Shown here in pieces: positions 41,699-51,676 of a stretch of DNA of 64,000 nt (positions are counted from its first letter, which is position 1; each line of letters opens with the position of its first letter). The notes under the pieces are model-generated. The model saw only the letters and a list, made by a program, of their open reading frames with translations, was not told where the DNA came from and searched no databases. Position numbers and translations under genes: made by a program. Origin of the DNA: an uncultured Bacteroidota bacterium (GTDB taxonomy: Bacteria; Bacteroidota; Bacteroidia; AKYH767-A; OLB10). The DNA is taken from contig CAWFDA010000044.1 in NCBI GenBank assembly GCA_963814475.1, positions 146,589-210,588 on the forward strand. Direction: 5' to 3'.

Positions 41699-42865
41699 TT
41701 ATGCTTGAATAAACATCAAATCATCAATATTTATGATGTTGTTTTCACACAACAACGCTGCACGTTCCATAACTGCCTTTAATTCTCGGATATTCCCCGG
41801 CCATGCATATTCCAACATGAATTTTATAGCCTCCTTTGAAAGCTGAACTTGTTCCGTTTTGTTATTTTTGCTGAAATCTGATAGGAAGCTTTTAGCCAGT
41901 AAAATTACATCGTCACCACGTTCATTAAGAGGAGGGAGGTGAATAAGAAAGCCTTGGATTCTATAAAATAAATCTTCTCTGAATCGACCCTCTTTCACTT
42001 CTATCGCAAGGTTTCGATTTGTTGCAGCAATCATTCTAAAATCAAGTTTAATAATTTTGTTGCTTCCAATCCTTGTAATTTCTTTTTCTTGTAATACCCT
42101 AAGAAGTTTTGTTTGAAGATGCAGGTTCATTTCGCCAATTTCATCAAGAAAAATGGTTCCATCATTTGCTTCTTCAAATTTACCAATCCTTCTTTCACGC
42201 GCATCCGTAAAGGCACCTTTTTCATGGCCGAATAATTCCGACTCAATTAAATCTTCCGGAATAGCACCCATATTCACAGTTACAAAAGCTTTGCGCGAAC
42301 GTGGTGAGTTATAATGAAGTGCTTTTGCAACCAACTCTTTACCCGTTCCACTTTGGCCTGTCACTAGTACCATTATGTTGTTTTTCTCTACTTTTTGAAT
42401 TAACTTCAAAACCCGAAGTACAGGATTGCTATTTCCAAGTATATTGGAATATTTGTGACGATCGATGATTTGGTCTTTTAAAAATTCCACCTCTTTTTTC
42501 AACACAACGTTCATTGATAGATTCTTGATGGAGTTTTCAAGATTTACAAATAAATTATCATTTTTGATAATATATTCTGAAGCCCCACCTTTATATGATT
42601 CTATGACAACATCTAAATTTTCTTGACCTGAAACTAAAACAACCATAATGGCTGAATTGTATGATTTGATTCGACTCATCAACTCAATTCCATTCATTCC
42701 CGGTAAATTGTAGTCTACCGTTATGATGTCCGGATTAATATGAAGGTTTTGAATGCAGTCTTCTGCAGTGGTGAAATGTGTTATCTCGTGATCATACTTT
42801 GCAAGCGCTTGTTTCATCAGCGTTGCTACCATCACATCATCTTCAATAATAAATAATTTTGCCAT
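41699..42865 (-). CDS. Sigma-54-dependent response regulator (REC + AAA+ domains) lacking a C-terminal HTH DNA-binding domain
   Basis: REC domain with the phospho-acceptor Asp. AAA+ motifs GQSGTGKE, GAFTDA (a variant of GAFTGA) and WPGNIRELK. The protein ends 15 aa after the AAA+ module. Confidence 0.8.
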   Translation of the reverse strand: MAKLFIIEDDVMVATLMKQALAKYDHEITHFTTAEDCIQNLHINPDIITVDYNLPGMNGIELMSRIKSYNSAIMVVLVSGQENLDVVIESYKGGASEYIIKNDNLFVNLENSIKNLSMNVVLKKEVEFLKDQIIDRHKYSNILGNSNPVLRVLKLIQKVEKNNIMVLVTGQSGTGKELVAKALHYNSPRSRKAFVTVNMGAIPEDLIESELFGHEKGAFTDARERRIGKFEEANDGTIFLDEIGEMNLHLQTKLLRVLQEKEITRIGSNKIIKLDFRMIAATNRNLAIEVKEGRFREDLFYRIQGFLIHLPPLNERGDDVILLAKSFLSDFSKNNKTEQVQLSKEAIKFMLEYAWPGNIRELKAVMERAALLCENNIINIDDLMFIQA

Positions 42866-42886
42866 TTGTATATTTTTTTGGATTGG

Positions 42887-45241
42887 TTAAGATATTGGTA
42901 ATGATTTAAGTTCATCTTCTAATTCTTGAAAGGCAGCGTTGCACAGCGTTTGAAGCTGTGCTGTTAACCCTTCTATTTCTTCAAGTTGTGTTTTATTGAG
43001 AGCGTATTCCTCTATTACCGCAGCTAATTTTTGACCTTCTTTCAAACCTAAATAGTTCAAGGATGGTTTCATTTTGTGTGCAGCTTGTCTAACACCTTCC
43101 CAATTTTTATTGTTTAAGTGATTCTGTAAATCAGTAAGTGTTTCTGGCGTGTTAGTAAGAAATAGATTGATGAAATCTCTAAAGAACGATTCATTGTTCT
43201 CTGATAGCTCTTTCAAGTAATTGAGATTTGTCAGTTTTTGTTTAGGAATTTCCTTTGTAACTACAACTCCTACAGAAATTGAATCTTCTTGATCTTGACT
43301 AATTATCTGTTTCTTACTTAATGCAACAATTTTTTGTTTAAGGTCAAGTGGATCGAAAGGTTTCGAGATATAATCATCCATACCTAAACCAATACATTTA
43401 TCTCGCTCTTTTTTATTTGCATGTGCAGTCATTGCCATCACCGATACTGATTTTTTTGGTTCCGGCAAAGCAGTTCTTATTTCTCTGATACATTGGTACC
43501 CATTCATTTCAGGCATCTCAATATCCAATAAAATAATATCGTAGGTATTTGCTTTAATTTTTTCAATAGCATCTACTCCGTTTATAGCGTTGTCTAATTT
43601 AACTCCCCAGTCTTTCATGATTTTGTTAATCACAAGTCTGTTGATGTCATTGTCTTCTACAATGAGTATTCTCAACTCACTATCGATTCGACTTTCAGGT
43701 TCTTCCGATATGGCATGATGAGCTTCTAGTTCAATAGGATCCGGATGATCAAATGGCAAACTAAATGTAAAGGTTGTTCCTTCATTTATAATACTATCTA
43801 CTTTTATAATTCCACCTTGAAGATCTACTAATTTTTTGGCGATGCTCAATCCTAATCCTGTTCCTCCATATTTTCTGGTTATATCATCACCGGCTTGAGT
43901 GAACATATCAAAAATGGTGGATAGTTTGCTATGCGGAATTCCTATTCCGGAATCTTTAATACTAAAACATAACATACTACAGCGTTCGTTTGTATCAACC
44001 AATTTGACACTAATTTGTACTCCGCCATGATGAGTAAATTTAATGGCATTATTCACCAAGTTATTAATGATCTGACTCAATCGTGTTGGGTCACCTTTCA
44101 CATATTCCGGAATGCAATCATCAATGTCTTTACTTATTGTAATTCCACTTTCATTTGCTTTTGCTCGGAAGAGTTCATAGGTTGTTTCAACCATTTCGGC
44201 GGCACTAAAAATTGTGCTTTCAAATGTCATTTTTTGAGCTTCCATTTTCGAAAGATCAAGAATATCATTTATAATTACTAATAAATTATCGGCAGATTTC
44301 TTAATTGCGTTAAGATATGTTAACTGATCCGGATCGATTTTTGTTTTAAGTAACAAATTCGTTAAACTCATGATTCCATGAATAGGTGTTCTGATCTCAT
44401 GACTCATGTTTGCGAGAAACTGCTCTTTTACTTGTTGAGTTTCCTGGGCATTACTGAGATTATTTTTTAGTACTATTTCGTTTTTCTTAAGTTCTGTGAT
44501 ATCAGTAGCAATGCCAATCATACCATCCGGCTCAAAGTTTTCATCCCTTTGCGGGATGCAGGTGATTTCGAGGTGTCGACCGTTCACTTCAATGGACGTA
44601 GTAAGTTCTTTGCCTTGAATTACATTCCTTAAACTTCTTATATCAATAGGAAGAATACGATATGTTTCGAAAAAGCTCTTTTCTATAATTTCACTTGGGT
44701 CAACATTTAAAAGTTCTATACCCTTACCTTTAAACATGGTGAATTTTCCATTTTTATTAATTTCAAAAAGTATAATTGGAGATTTTGCAATTACTGTATC
44801 TAATTTCTTTTCAGATTCTTGTAATGCCTTCTCAACTTTACTTGTAGTTTGTTGGGCTGCATGAACACGCAATGCATATCGAATACTCTGAGAAATTCCT
44901 TCAGGAGAAACTAAATTTTTTGGAAGATAATCGCAAGCACCTAATCGCATTGCTTCAACAGCTAATTTTTCATCACCATGAGAAGTGACAATAATTACCG
45001 GAGCTCCGTTCAGTTCAGCTTTATGATTTTTGAGAAAATCTAACCCATTGCTATCAGGTAGATTGTAGTCTAGAAATATACAATCAAATACTCTATCACC
45101 AATAGCAGCGAGTCCCTCAGCTTTGTTATTTGCAGTTACAATTTCTGCATTAAATCCGGATGCTTTGATAGATCTTTTAAGTGCTATGCGATCTACTTCG
45201 TCATCATCAATTACCAGTACTGATATTTTATTTACGTTCAT
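42887..45241 (-). CDS. Hybrid sensor histidine kinase (REC-PAS-HisKA-HATPase-REC-HPt)
   Basis: H-box ANMSHEIRTPIHG, G-boxes GGTGLGLSI, two receiver domains, and a C-terminal HPt (AAHKMKPSLNYLG). Confidence 0.8.
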   Translation of the reverse strand: MNVNKISVLVIDDDEVDRIALKRSIKASGFNAEIVTANNKAEGLAAIGDRVFDCIFLDYNLPDSNGLDFLKNHKAELNGAPVIIVTSHGDEKLAVEAMRLGACDYLPKNLVSPEGISQSIRYALRVHAAQQTTSKVEKALQESEKKLDTVIAKSPIILFEINKNGKFTMFKGKGIELLNVDPSEIIEKSFFETYRILPIDIRSLRNVIQGKELTTSIEVNGRHLEITCIPQRDENFEPDGMIGIATDITELKKNEIVLKNNLSNAQETQQVKEQFLANMSHEIRTPIHGIMSLTNLLLKTKIDPDQLTYLNAIKKSADNLLVIINDILDLSKMEAQKMTFESTIFSAAEMVETTYELFRAKANESGITISKDIDDCIPEYVKGDPTRLSQIINNLVNNAIKFTHHGGVQISVKLVDTNERCSMLCFSIKDSGIGIPHSKLSTIFDMFTQAGDDITRKYGGTGLGLSIAKKLVDLQGGIIKVDSIINEGTTFTFSLPFDHPDPIELEAHHAISEEPESRIDSELRILIVEDNDINRLVINKIMKDWGVKLDNAINGVDAIEKIKANTYDIILLDIEMPEMNGYQCIREIRTALPEPKKSVSVMAMTAHANKKERDKCIGLGMDDYISKPFDPLDLKQKIVALSKKQIISQDQEDSISVGVVVTKEIPKQKLTNLNYLKELSENNESFFRDFINLFLTNTPETLTDLQNHLNNKNWEGVRQAAHKMKPSLNYLGLKEGQKLAAVIEEYALNKTQLEEIEGLTAQLQTLCNAAFQELEDELKSLPIS

Positions 45242-45273
45242 TTAATTATTTCTTGAACTCTTTAATAAATTTT

Positions 45274-45702
45274 TTAGGGTTGTTCACAAAGCTTCCAGTA
45301 ACTGTTGAGAATTGAAACTGCTGCTACAAATTTTTCAAATGAAACCGGTTTAAGAATGTAGCCTGCTACGTTTAAATTGTATGCCTCAAAGCGATCGCGA
45401 TCGTCAATAGAAGTGGTCATCACAAAAACACTCAAAGATTTTAAATTAGGATCTTTGCGGATTTCTTTTAAAAATTCTAATCCATTCATCTGAGGCATAT
45501 TCAAATCCAACAGAATTATTTGAGGTCTTGGATTAATTTTTATTGTTTCATGAGTTCCACGTAACATTGCCAGAGCCTCAATTCCGTTCTTTGCCAGAAA
45601 CAGTGGATTTTGTATGTTATTCTTCGCGAAAGCACGCTCAACGTTCATCACGTCAACGGTGTCATCTTCAACTAAAAGGATATTTACTAATTTATCCTCC
45701 AT
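45274..45702 (-). CDS. Stand-alone CheY-like response-regulator receiver protein
   Basis: 142 aa; ILLVEDD...DLNMPQMNG receiver motifs. Confidence 0.8.
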   Translation of the reverse strand: MEDKLVNILLVEDDTVDVMNVERAFAKNNIQNPLFLAKNGIEALAMLRGTHETIKINPRPQIILLDLNMPQMNGLEFLKEIRKDPNLKSLSVFVMTTSIDDRDRFEAYNLNVAGYILKPVSFEKFVAAVSILNSYWKLCEQP

Positions 45703-46004
45703 ATATATTATGTGTTGTAAATCAATGTATTGAGATTGTTAATTGATAATATTCCTATGAATACAGCACATTTATACTACTATACATATCAAATGTTTCG
45801 GTAATAAAGCGTGCTAAACTTACAGGAATATTGTAAAGGATGTTCTACAAAAGGGGTTGAGTTTCTGTGAAATTTGGCTTCTTAGAAAGCTTATATCTAT
45901 GGAAGATTTGCACAGGAGTATTGTGCTTAAAAACTATTATATAAGCTCTTCGTGATATTCCTTTACGGAAGTCACGCAATCAAAAAAAGTTTAGGAAAGT
46001 GATT

Positions 46005-46736
46005 TTAAAAATTTGGTTTCAGTAGATATCGCGAATAGAAGTCATTAATATGTTTTACAACTTCTTCAGCTGTATCAGCAATTTTAAAAAGATTAAGATC
46101 TTCTTTGTTAATGTTTCTTTCTTCCAACATAGTATTGCAAATCCAGTCGTAAATTCCTTGCCAGTATTCTTTCCCGGCTAGGATGATAGGAAATTTCGCA
46201 ATCTTACCGGTCTGTATAAGCGTTAATGCTTCAAACAGTTCATCGAGTGTACCAAAACCTCCAGGTAACACCACAAAGCCTTGTGAGTATTTTATAAAAA
46301 CAGTTTTTCTTACGAAGAAGTAATCGAATGTAATTGATTTATCATGATCAATAAATGGATTTGGTTGTTGTTCGAATGGAAGTTTAATATTTACTCCCAC
46401 CGATTTCCCACCTGCTTTTTGTGCACCTTTATTTGCAGCTTCCATTATGCCGGGACCACCACCTGAGATAATTCCATATCCTTCGCCTGCTATTTTATAA
46501 GCAATATCTTCAGCCAAATCGTAATATTTTGTTCCGGGTAAAGTACGCGCTGATCCAAATACGGACACGCAAGGACCAATTTTAGAGAGTTTTTCATAGC
46601 CTTCAACAAATTCGGCCATAATCTTAAAAATGGACCAAGTATCATCGGCCCTAATCTCTTGCCAGTCCTTGTCTGTGAAGGCTCTGCGAATTTTTGCTTC
46701 TTCTGAATTCATGTCTGATTGAAATTGAAAATCCAT
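46005..46736 (-). CDS. LOG family protein (TIGR00730 Rossmann-fold nucleotide-binding, cytokinin riboside 5'-monophosphate phosphoribohydrolase-like)
   Basis: LOG motifs GGGPGIMEA and PGGFGTLDEL. Confidence 0.75.
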   Translation of the reverse strand: MDFQFQSDMNSEEAKIRRAFTDKDWQEIRADDTWSIFKIMAEFVEGYEKLSKIGPCVSVFGSARTLPGTKYYDLAEDIAYKIAGEGYGIISGGGPGIMEAANKGAQKAGGKSVGVNIKLPFEQQPNPFIDHDKSITFDYFFVRKTVFIKYSQGFVVLPGGFGTLDELFEALTLIQTGKIAKFPIILAGKEYWQGIYDWICNTMLEERNINKEDLNLFKIADTAEEVVKHINDFYSRYLLKPNF

Positions 46737-46783
46737 AGCGGGTATGTTTTTAACTTCCCTTGTACGGATCTGTCAAATAAAAG

Positions 46784-49628
46784 TTATGTTGCGAACTGTT
46801 CCATCTCTCTTTTGAGATATTGGGCAGTAATACTTTTTTTGTTTTTTAATATCGAATCCGGACTTCCTTCAGCAACAACTTCACCGCCACGTTGTCCACC
46901 TTCCGGACCAATATCAATAATGTGATCTGCACTTCTTATCACATCCATATTGTGTTCAATAACCACAACTGTATTTCCTTTGTCGGTGAGCTTATTCAAA
47001 ACTTCTAGTAATATTCTTACATCTTCAAAATGCAAGTCCTGTTGTTGGTTCATCAAGGATATAAAATGTATTACCTGTATCTTTTTTTGATAGTTCTGAA
47101 GCGAGTTTAATACGTTGCGCTTCTCCTCCCGATAAAGTAGTTGATGTTGTCCAAGGGTGATATAACCTAAGCCAACATCTTTTATTGTTTTAATTTTATG
47201 AGCAATGGATGGCATGTTTGCAAAGAAATCAACCGCTTCTTCAATACTCATATTAAGAACATCATTGATAGATTTTCCTCTGTAACGAACTTCCAGTATT
47301 TCACGATTGTATCGTTTGCCATTACAATTTTCGCAATGCACATATACATCGGGAAGAAAATTCATTTCAATGACACGCATACCTCCACCCTGACAAGTTT
47401 CACATCTGCCACCTTTAACATTAAATGAAAACCATCCCGGAGGATAGCCTCTTATTTTTGATTCAGGAAGTAGTGCAAACAAATTTCTGATATCAGTAAA
47501 CACACCGGTATAAGTTGCAGGATTGCTGCGTGGAGTACGTCCAATTGGAGATTGATCAATTTCAATTACTTTATCGATATGTTGTAAGTCCTTTGATTGT
47601 TTTGTAAGGAAGTGGCTTTAATGTAGAACGGTAAAAGTGATGGCTTAAAATAGGGTAGATGGTTTCATTAACTAATGATGATTTCCCACTTCCGCTGACG
47701 CCAGTAACACAAATAAATTTTCCTAAAGGAAACTGAACTGTTACATTTTTTAAATTATTTCCAGTTGCACCTGAATAGTTAAGGATTTGCCATTTCCATT
47801 TCCGATTTTTTGAGAGGATGCTAATTTGAATAGTACCATTCAGATATTTTGCTGTGAGTGAATCCTGATTTAAAATTTCTTCAGGAGTTCCTTGAGCTAC
47901 AATAATACCACCATGAACACCTGCACCTGGACCAAGATCAATAACATAATCTGCCGACATGATTGTTTCGCGATCGTGTTCAACAACAATAACAGAATTT
48001 CCTACATCACGTAATTCCTGTAATGATTTTATCAATCGAACATTATCGCGTTGATGCAATCCAATACTCGGTTCATCAAGAATGTATAAAACACCAACAA
48101 GCTGTGAACCAATTTGAGTGGCTAAGCGAATTCGTTGTGATTCACCTCCAGATAAACTTCTGGATGTGCGATTCAAAGTAAGATAATCGAGACCAACATC
48201 AAGAAGAAATTTAATTCTCTTTCTTATTTCTTTTAATACTTCCTGAGCAATTTTATTTTGCCGGTCCGTTAATCTCTCCTCAATATCTTTGAACCAACTT
48301 TCTAGTTGAATAATATCAAGCATAGCTAATTCAGCAATGTTTTTATCATCAATCTTAAAATACAACGATTCTTTTTTCAATCTGTTACCATTGCACTCGG
48401 GACAAACAACAGATTGCATAAAAGTTTGAGCCCATTTTTTAATGGAAGGTGATGCATTTTCATTCAGTTGACCTGCAATAAAATTTACGATTCCTTCAAA
48501 AGTAAGTGAATAGTGTTGATTATCGCCTTGTCTGTAATCGCGATTCACCTGAAACACTTCATCAGAACCATAAAGAATTACATTAATTGCTTCATCAGGA
48601 ATTTCTTCAATTGGAGTATTTAAAGTAAAGCCATAACGTCGACCAATTGCCTGTATTTGTGAAAATATCCAGTTATCTTTATGAGTTCCAAGAGGAGCAA
48701 TACCACCAGCTTTGATCGTCATCTTTTTATCCGGAATAACTCTTTTGAGATCAATTTCGGCAATTGTACCCAAGCCATTACATTTAGGACAAGCACCGTA
48801 AGGCGAGTTGAATGAAAAAGTATTAGGAGCAGGTTCATCGTACGAAATTCCTGATGTAGGACACATCAGATGTTGCGAAAAATGCTTTACTTTCTTTTTG
48901 TCTTCATCTCAACACCATCAGCGATCCTTTGCCATGCTTCAATGCAATTCGTAACAGAGTCGGTGATGCGAGCTTTTTGATCTTCGGAAACGCCAATACG
49001 ATCAATAACAATTTCAATGTCGTGTGTTTTATATCGATCAGCTTGAAGTCCCTTTTTAATTTCACAATATTGTCCATCGATGCGAACCTTCAAAAATCCC
49101 ATCTGCAGAATTGTTTCAAACAATTCGCGATAATGTCCTTTTCTTCCTTTGACAACAGGAGCAAGGAGCATTATTTTTTTTGATTTGAATTTCTCAAGTA
49201 TGATATGAATTATCTGATCATCCGATAATCTAATCATTTTTTCACCGGTGATATAAGAAAATGCTTCCCCTGCACGAGCAAAAAGCAATCGCATGAAATC
49301 ATAAATTTCTGTGGTGGTGCCAACAGTAGATCGCGGATTATTATTAGTAGTTTTTTGTTCGATGGAAATTACAGGACTCAATCCGGTGATTTTATCCACA
49401 TCGGGACGTTCCATGTTACCCAAAAAATTTCGTGCATAAGCCGAAAATGTTTCCATGTACCGACGTTGCCCTTCGGCATAAATGGTGTCGAATGCCAAGC
49501 GATGATTTTCCACTGCCACTTAAACCGGTGATTACCACAAGTTTTTCGCGAGGAAAAGTCACGTCTATATTACGCAGGTTGTGCTCCCGCGCACCAAAAA
49601 CTTCAATACTGTCTGTTTGATTTTCCAA
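46784..49628 (-). CDS. uvrA: Excinuclease ABC subunit A, broken into four ORFs by three frameshifts
   Basis: All UvrA segments are present in order and total 948 aa. One shift maps to an A5 run (ACAAAAAGAAAG, around 48875) and one to a GG (CTTGGCATTC, around 49505). Confidence 0.8.
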
Positions 49629-49745
49629 AGAAATATTACCCTTTTTTCAGGAAGGTTGCAAAGGTAGTGAATTTTAAGGAAAAATGGGTAGGGGTAACTG
49701 CTTAAAATTTAAGTTATTAGAAAAGAAAATAGGCTATTTCGAGAC

Positions 49746-50129
49746 TCAAAATTTTCTATCGAAATAGGGGATTTCATCTTTCGAAACAGATTCTTTCTGT
49801 AACCAATACGCCATTGTAACAACCCTTTTATCAGGAGTATGTAACAAACGGCCATAAATTGCATTTGTAACATTAAAAGTAGAATCTGTAACTCCCACTG
49901 TAAATTTTGTAGGTGCTGCAGGCGGAATCTCAGTTTGAACATCCGGAGGAGTAGAACTGGGAGCAGGGGCGCCCTTGGGCAGAGGACTTGGAACAACAAC
50001 AACTGTAAATTTATTAAATTCAAGTAATGACTTTAAAAAACTCACTCTTTCGGAAGAGACTTCCGTTTCTACAATAGCACATTTGATACCATCGAGATCG
50101 TCGAACAGATGATTTTTATTGATAGCCAT
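49746..50129 (-). CDS. Hypothetical protein
   Basis: 127-aa ORF upstream of the nuo operon end. An inverted repeat CTATTTCGA...TCGAAATAG overlaps its stop codon. Confidence 0.35.
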   Translation of the reverse strand: MAINKNHLFDDLDGIKCAIVETEVSSERVSFLKSLLEFNKFTVVVVPSPLPKGAPAPSSTPPDVQTEIPPAAPTKFTVGVTDSTFNVTNAIYGRLLHTPDKRVVTMAYWLQKESVSKDEIPYFDRKF

Positions 50130-50130
50130 T

Positions 50131-51567
50131 TTATAAGGATGAGATCAACTGATGAATGTAATTATATGCTCCACTATAAACTCCTGTGATGATAATTCCC
50201 AACATGCAAATTACTAAGCCTGCTTTCGAAAATATTCCGGATGTAATTGCCGGTATCGGATTTTCATTTTTATCCATGAAAATGGCTTTGATGATGCGCA
50301 TGTAATAGTACATGGAGACAATCATGTTGAGTGCAGCAATAGTAATCAACAAATAATTTTCTTTAGCAGCTCCGGCAATTAATAAAAAGAATTTACCGAA
50401 AAAACCAGCTGTTGGTGGTATTCCTGCTAAAGAAAAAAGTGATAGTGCCATTACCCAACTGAGCATTGGATTAGTTTTGTAAAATCCTTTGTAATCGTCT
50501 ATCGTTTCTTTGCCGGTAATTGCACCCACGAGCGAAATAACGCCAAATGCTCCAAGGTTGGAGAAAATATAAATGAGTACAAAATATATCACCGATACAT
50601 TTGCATCCACCGACTGGCCACTTATTCCAACTAGAATAAAGCCAATTTGCGCAATGGAAGAAAATGCCAGCAGTCGTTTTAGATTGTACTGGCGAACAGC
50701 AAACAGATTTCCTGTCACCATTGTGGCCACAGCCAAAATAAAGAGAATGGTATACCAGGCATTTTCAAATGGAACGAAAACTTTTGACAATACTGTTGTC
50801 ATTACAAATAAAATAGCACCTTTTGAAATCACCGATAAATAAGCAGTTACCGGTGTTGGAGCACCCTCATAAACATCTGCAGTCCATAAGTGAAATGGGA
50901 CAGCAGAAATTTTAAATCCAAATCCACTTATTAATAATATCATTGAAAAGAGTTGGAGGTTGCTGCTATTTAAAGAGTTTGATAACTCAGTAAAATTTAA
51001 TGTCCCTGTTGTTCCATAAAGAAACGAAATACCAAACAATACAAGACCGGAAGAAAAGGCAGACATCATAATCATCTTCATTGCAGCTTCGGACGAACGT
51101 CGTCTTTCAAGATCGAAATTCACCAGAGCGGCGAGGGGAATAGTTGACAGCTCCAGACCTAAATAAAACATCATCAAATTTTCCGATGAAATCATCAAGA
51201 ACATTCCGAGTAATGTGGAGAGAATTAAGATGTAAAATTCGGGCACATGTTTATGAGTCTTTAGCCATTCGTGTGCCTGAAATGAAACGATAAGCATACC
51301 CAGGTTTAAAATATTCTTTTCAAAGACAATTAATTCATTAGTGTTAAACATGTCGCCAAATAACCAGCCGGTGCCATTGAGGAAAAAGCCTCCAACGAAA
51401 TTTACTACCAATAGCATGTTTATAATTCTAAGGACAGAGGAGTTGTCACTTTCAAGTGAACTCTCCGTAGAATCCCTACCAAGGACCTTTATAAAGAGAA
51501 TGACAAAGATGATTGCCGTCAAAAGCAACTCACTTTTCATCAGTAAGAAAAAATCATTCATCATCAT
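50131..51567 (-). CDS. nuoN: NADH-quinone oxidoreductase subunit N
   Basis: 478-aa polytopic membrane protein matching the NuoN family, in operon position. Confidence 0.85.
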   Translation of the reverse strand: MMMNDFFLLMKSELLLTAIIFVILFIKVLGRDSTESSLESDNSSVLRIINMLLVVNFVGGFFLNGTGWLFGDMFNTNELIVFEKNILNLGMLIVSFQAHEWLKTHKHVPEFYILILSTLLGMFLMISSENLMMFYLGLELSTIPLAALVNFDLERRRSSEAAMKMIMMSAFSSGLVLFGISFLYGTTGTLNFTELSNSLNSSNLQLFSMILLISGFGFKISAVPFHLWTADVYEGAPTPVTAYLSVISKGAILFVMTTVLSKVFVPFENAWYTILFILAVATMVTGNLFAVRQYNLKRLLAFSSIAQIGFILVGISGQSVDANVSVIYFVLIYIFSNLGAFGVISLVGAITGKETIDDYKGFYKTNPMLSWVMALSLFSLAGIPPTAGFFGKFFLLIAGAAKENYLLITIAALNMIVSMYYYMRIIKAIFMDKNENPIPAITSGIFSKAGLVICMLGIIITGVYSGAYNYIHQLISSL

Positions 51568-51676
51568 AACAAAAATATAAAATCCTTAAACAATATAATT
51601 TATTTTACATTTACTCATATCTCATATATTAACTCCACTCTAAATTCACCACTGAATCAACTATTAAATTTCCGCA

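Noticed and set aside
46005-46736. The LOG-family protein as part of a defence or SLOG-type signalling system
   Set aside because: It is a stand-alone TIGR00730-type LOG next to uvrA with no associated effector or cyclase genes, which is the ordinary housekeeping context.
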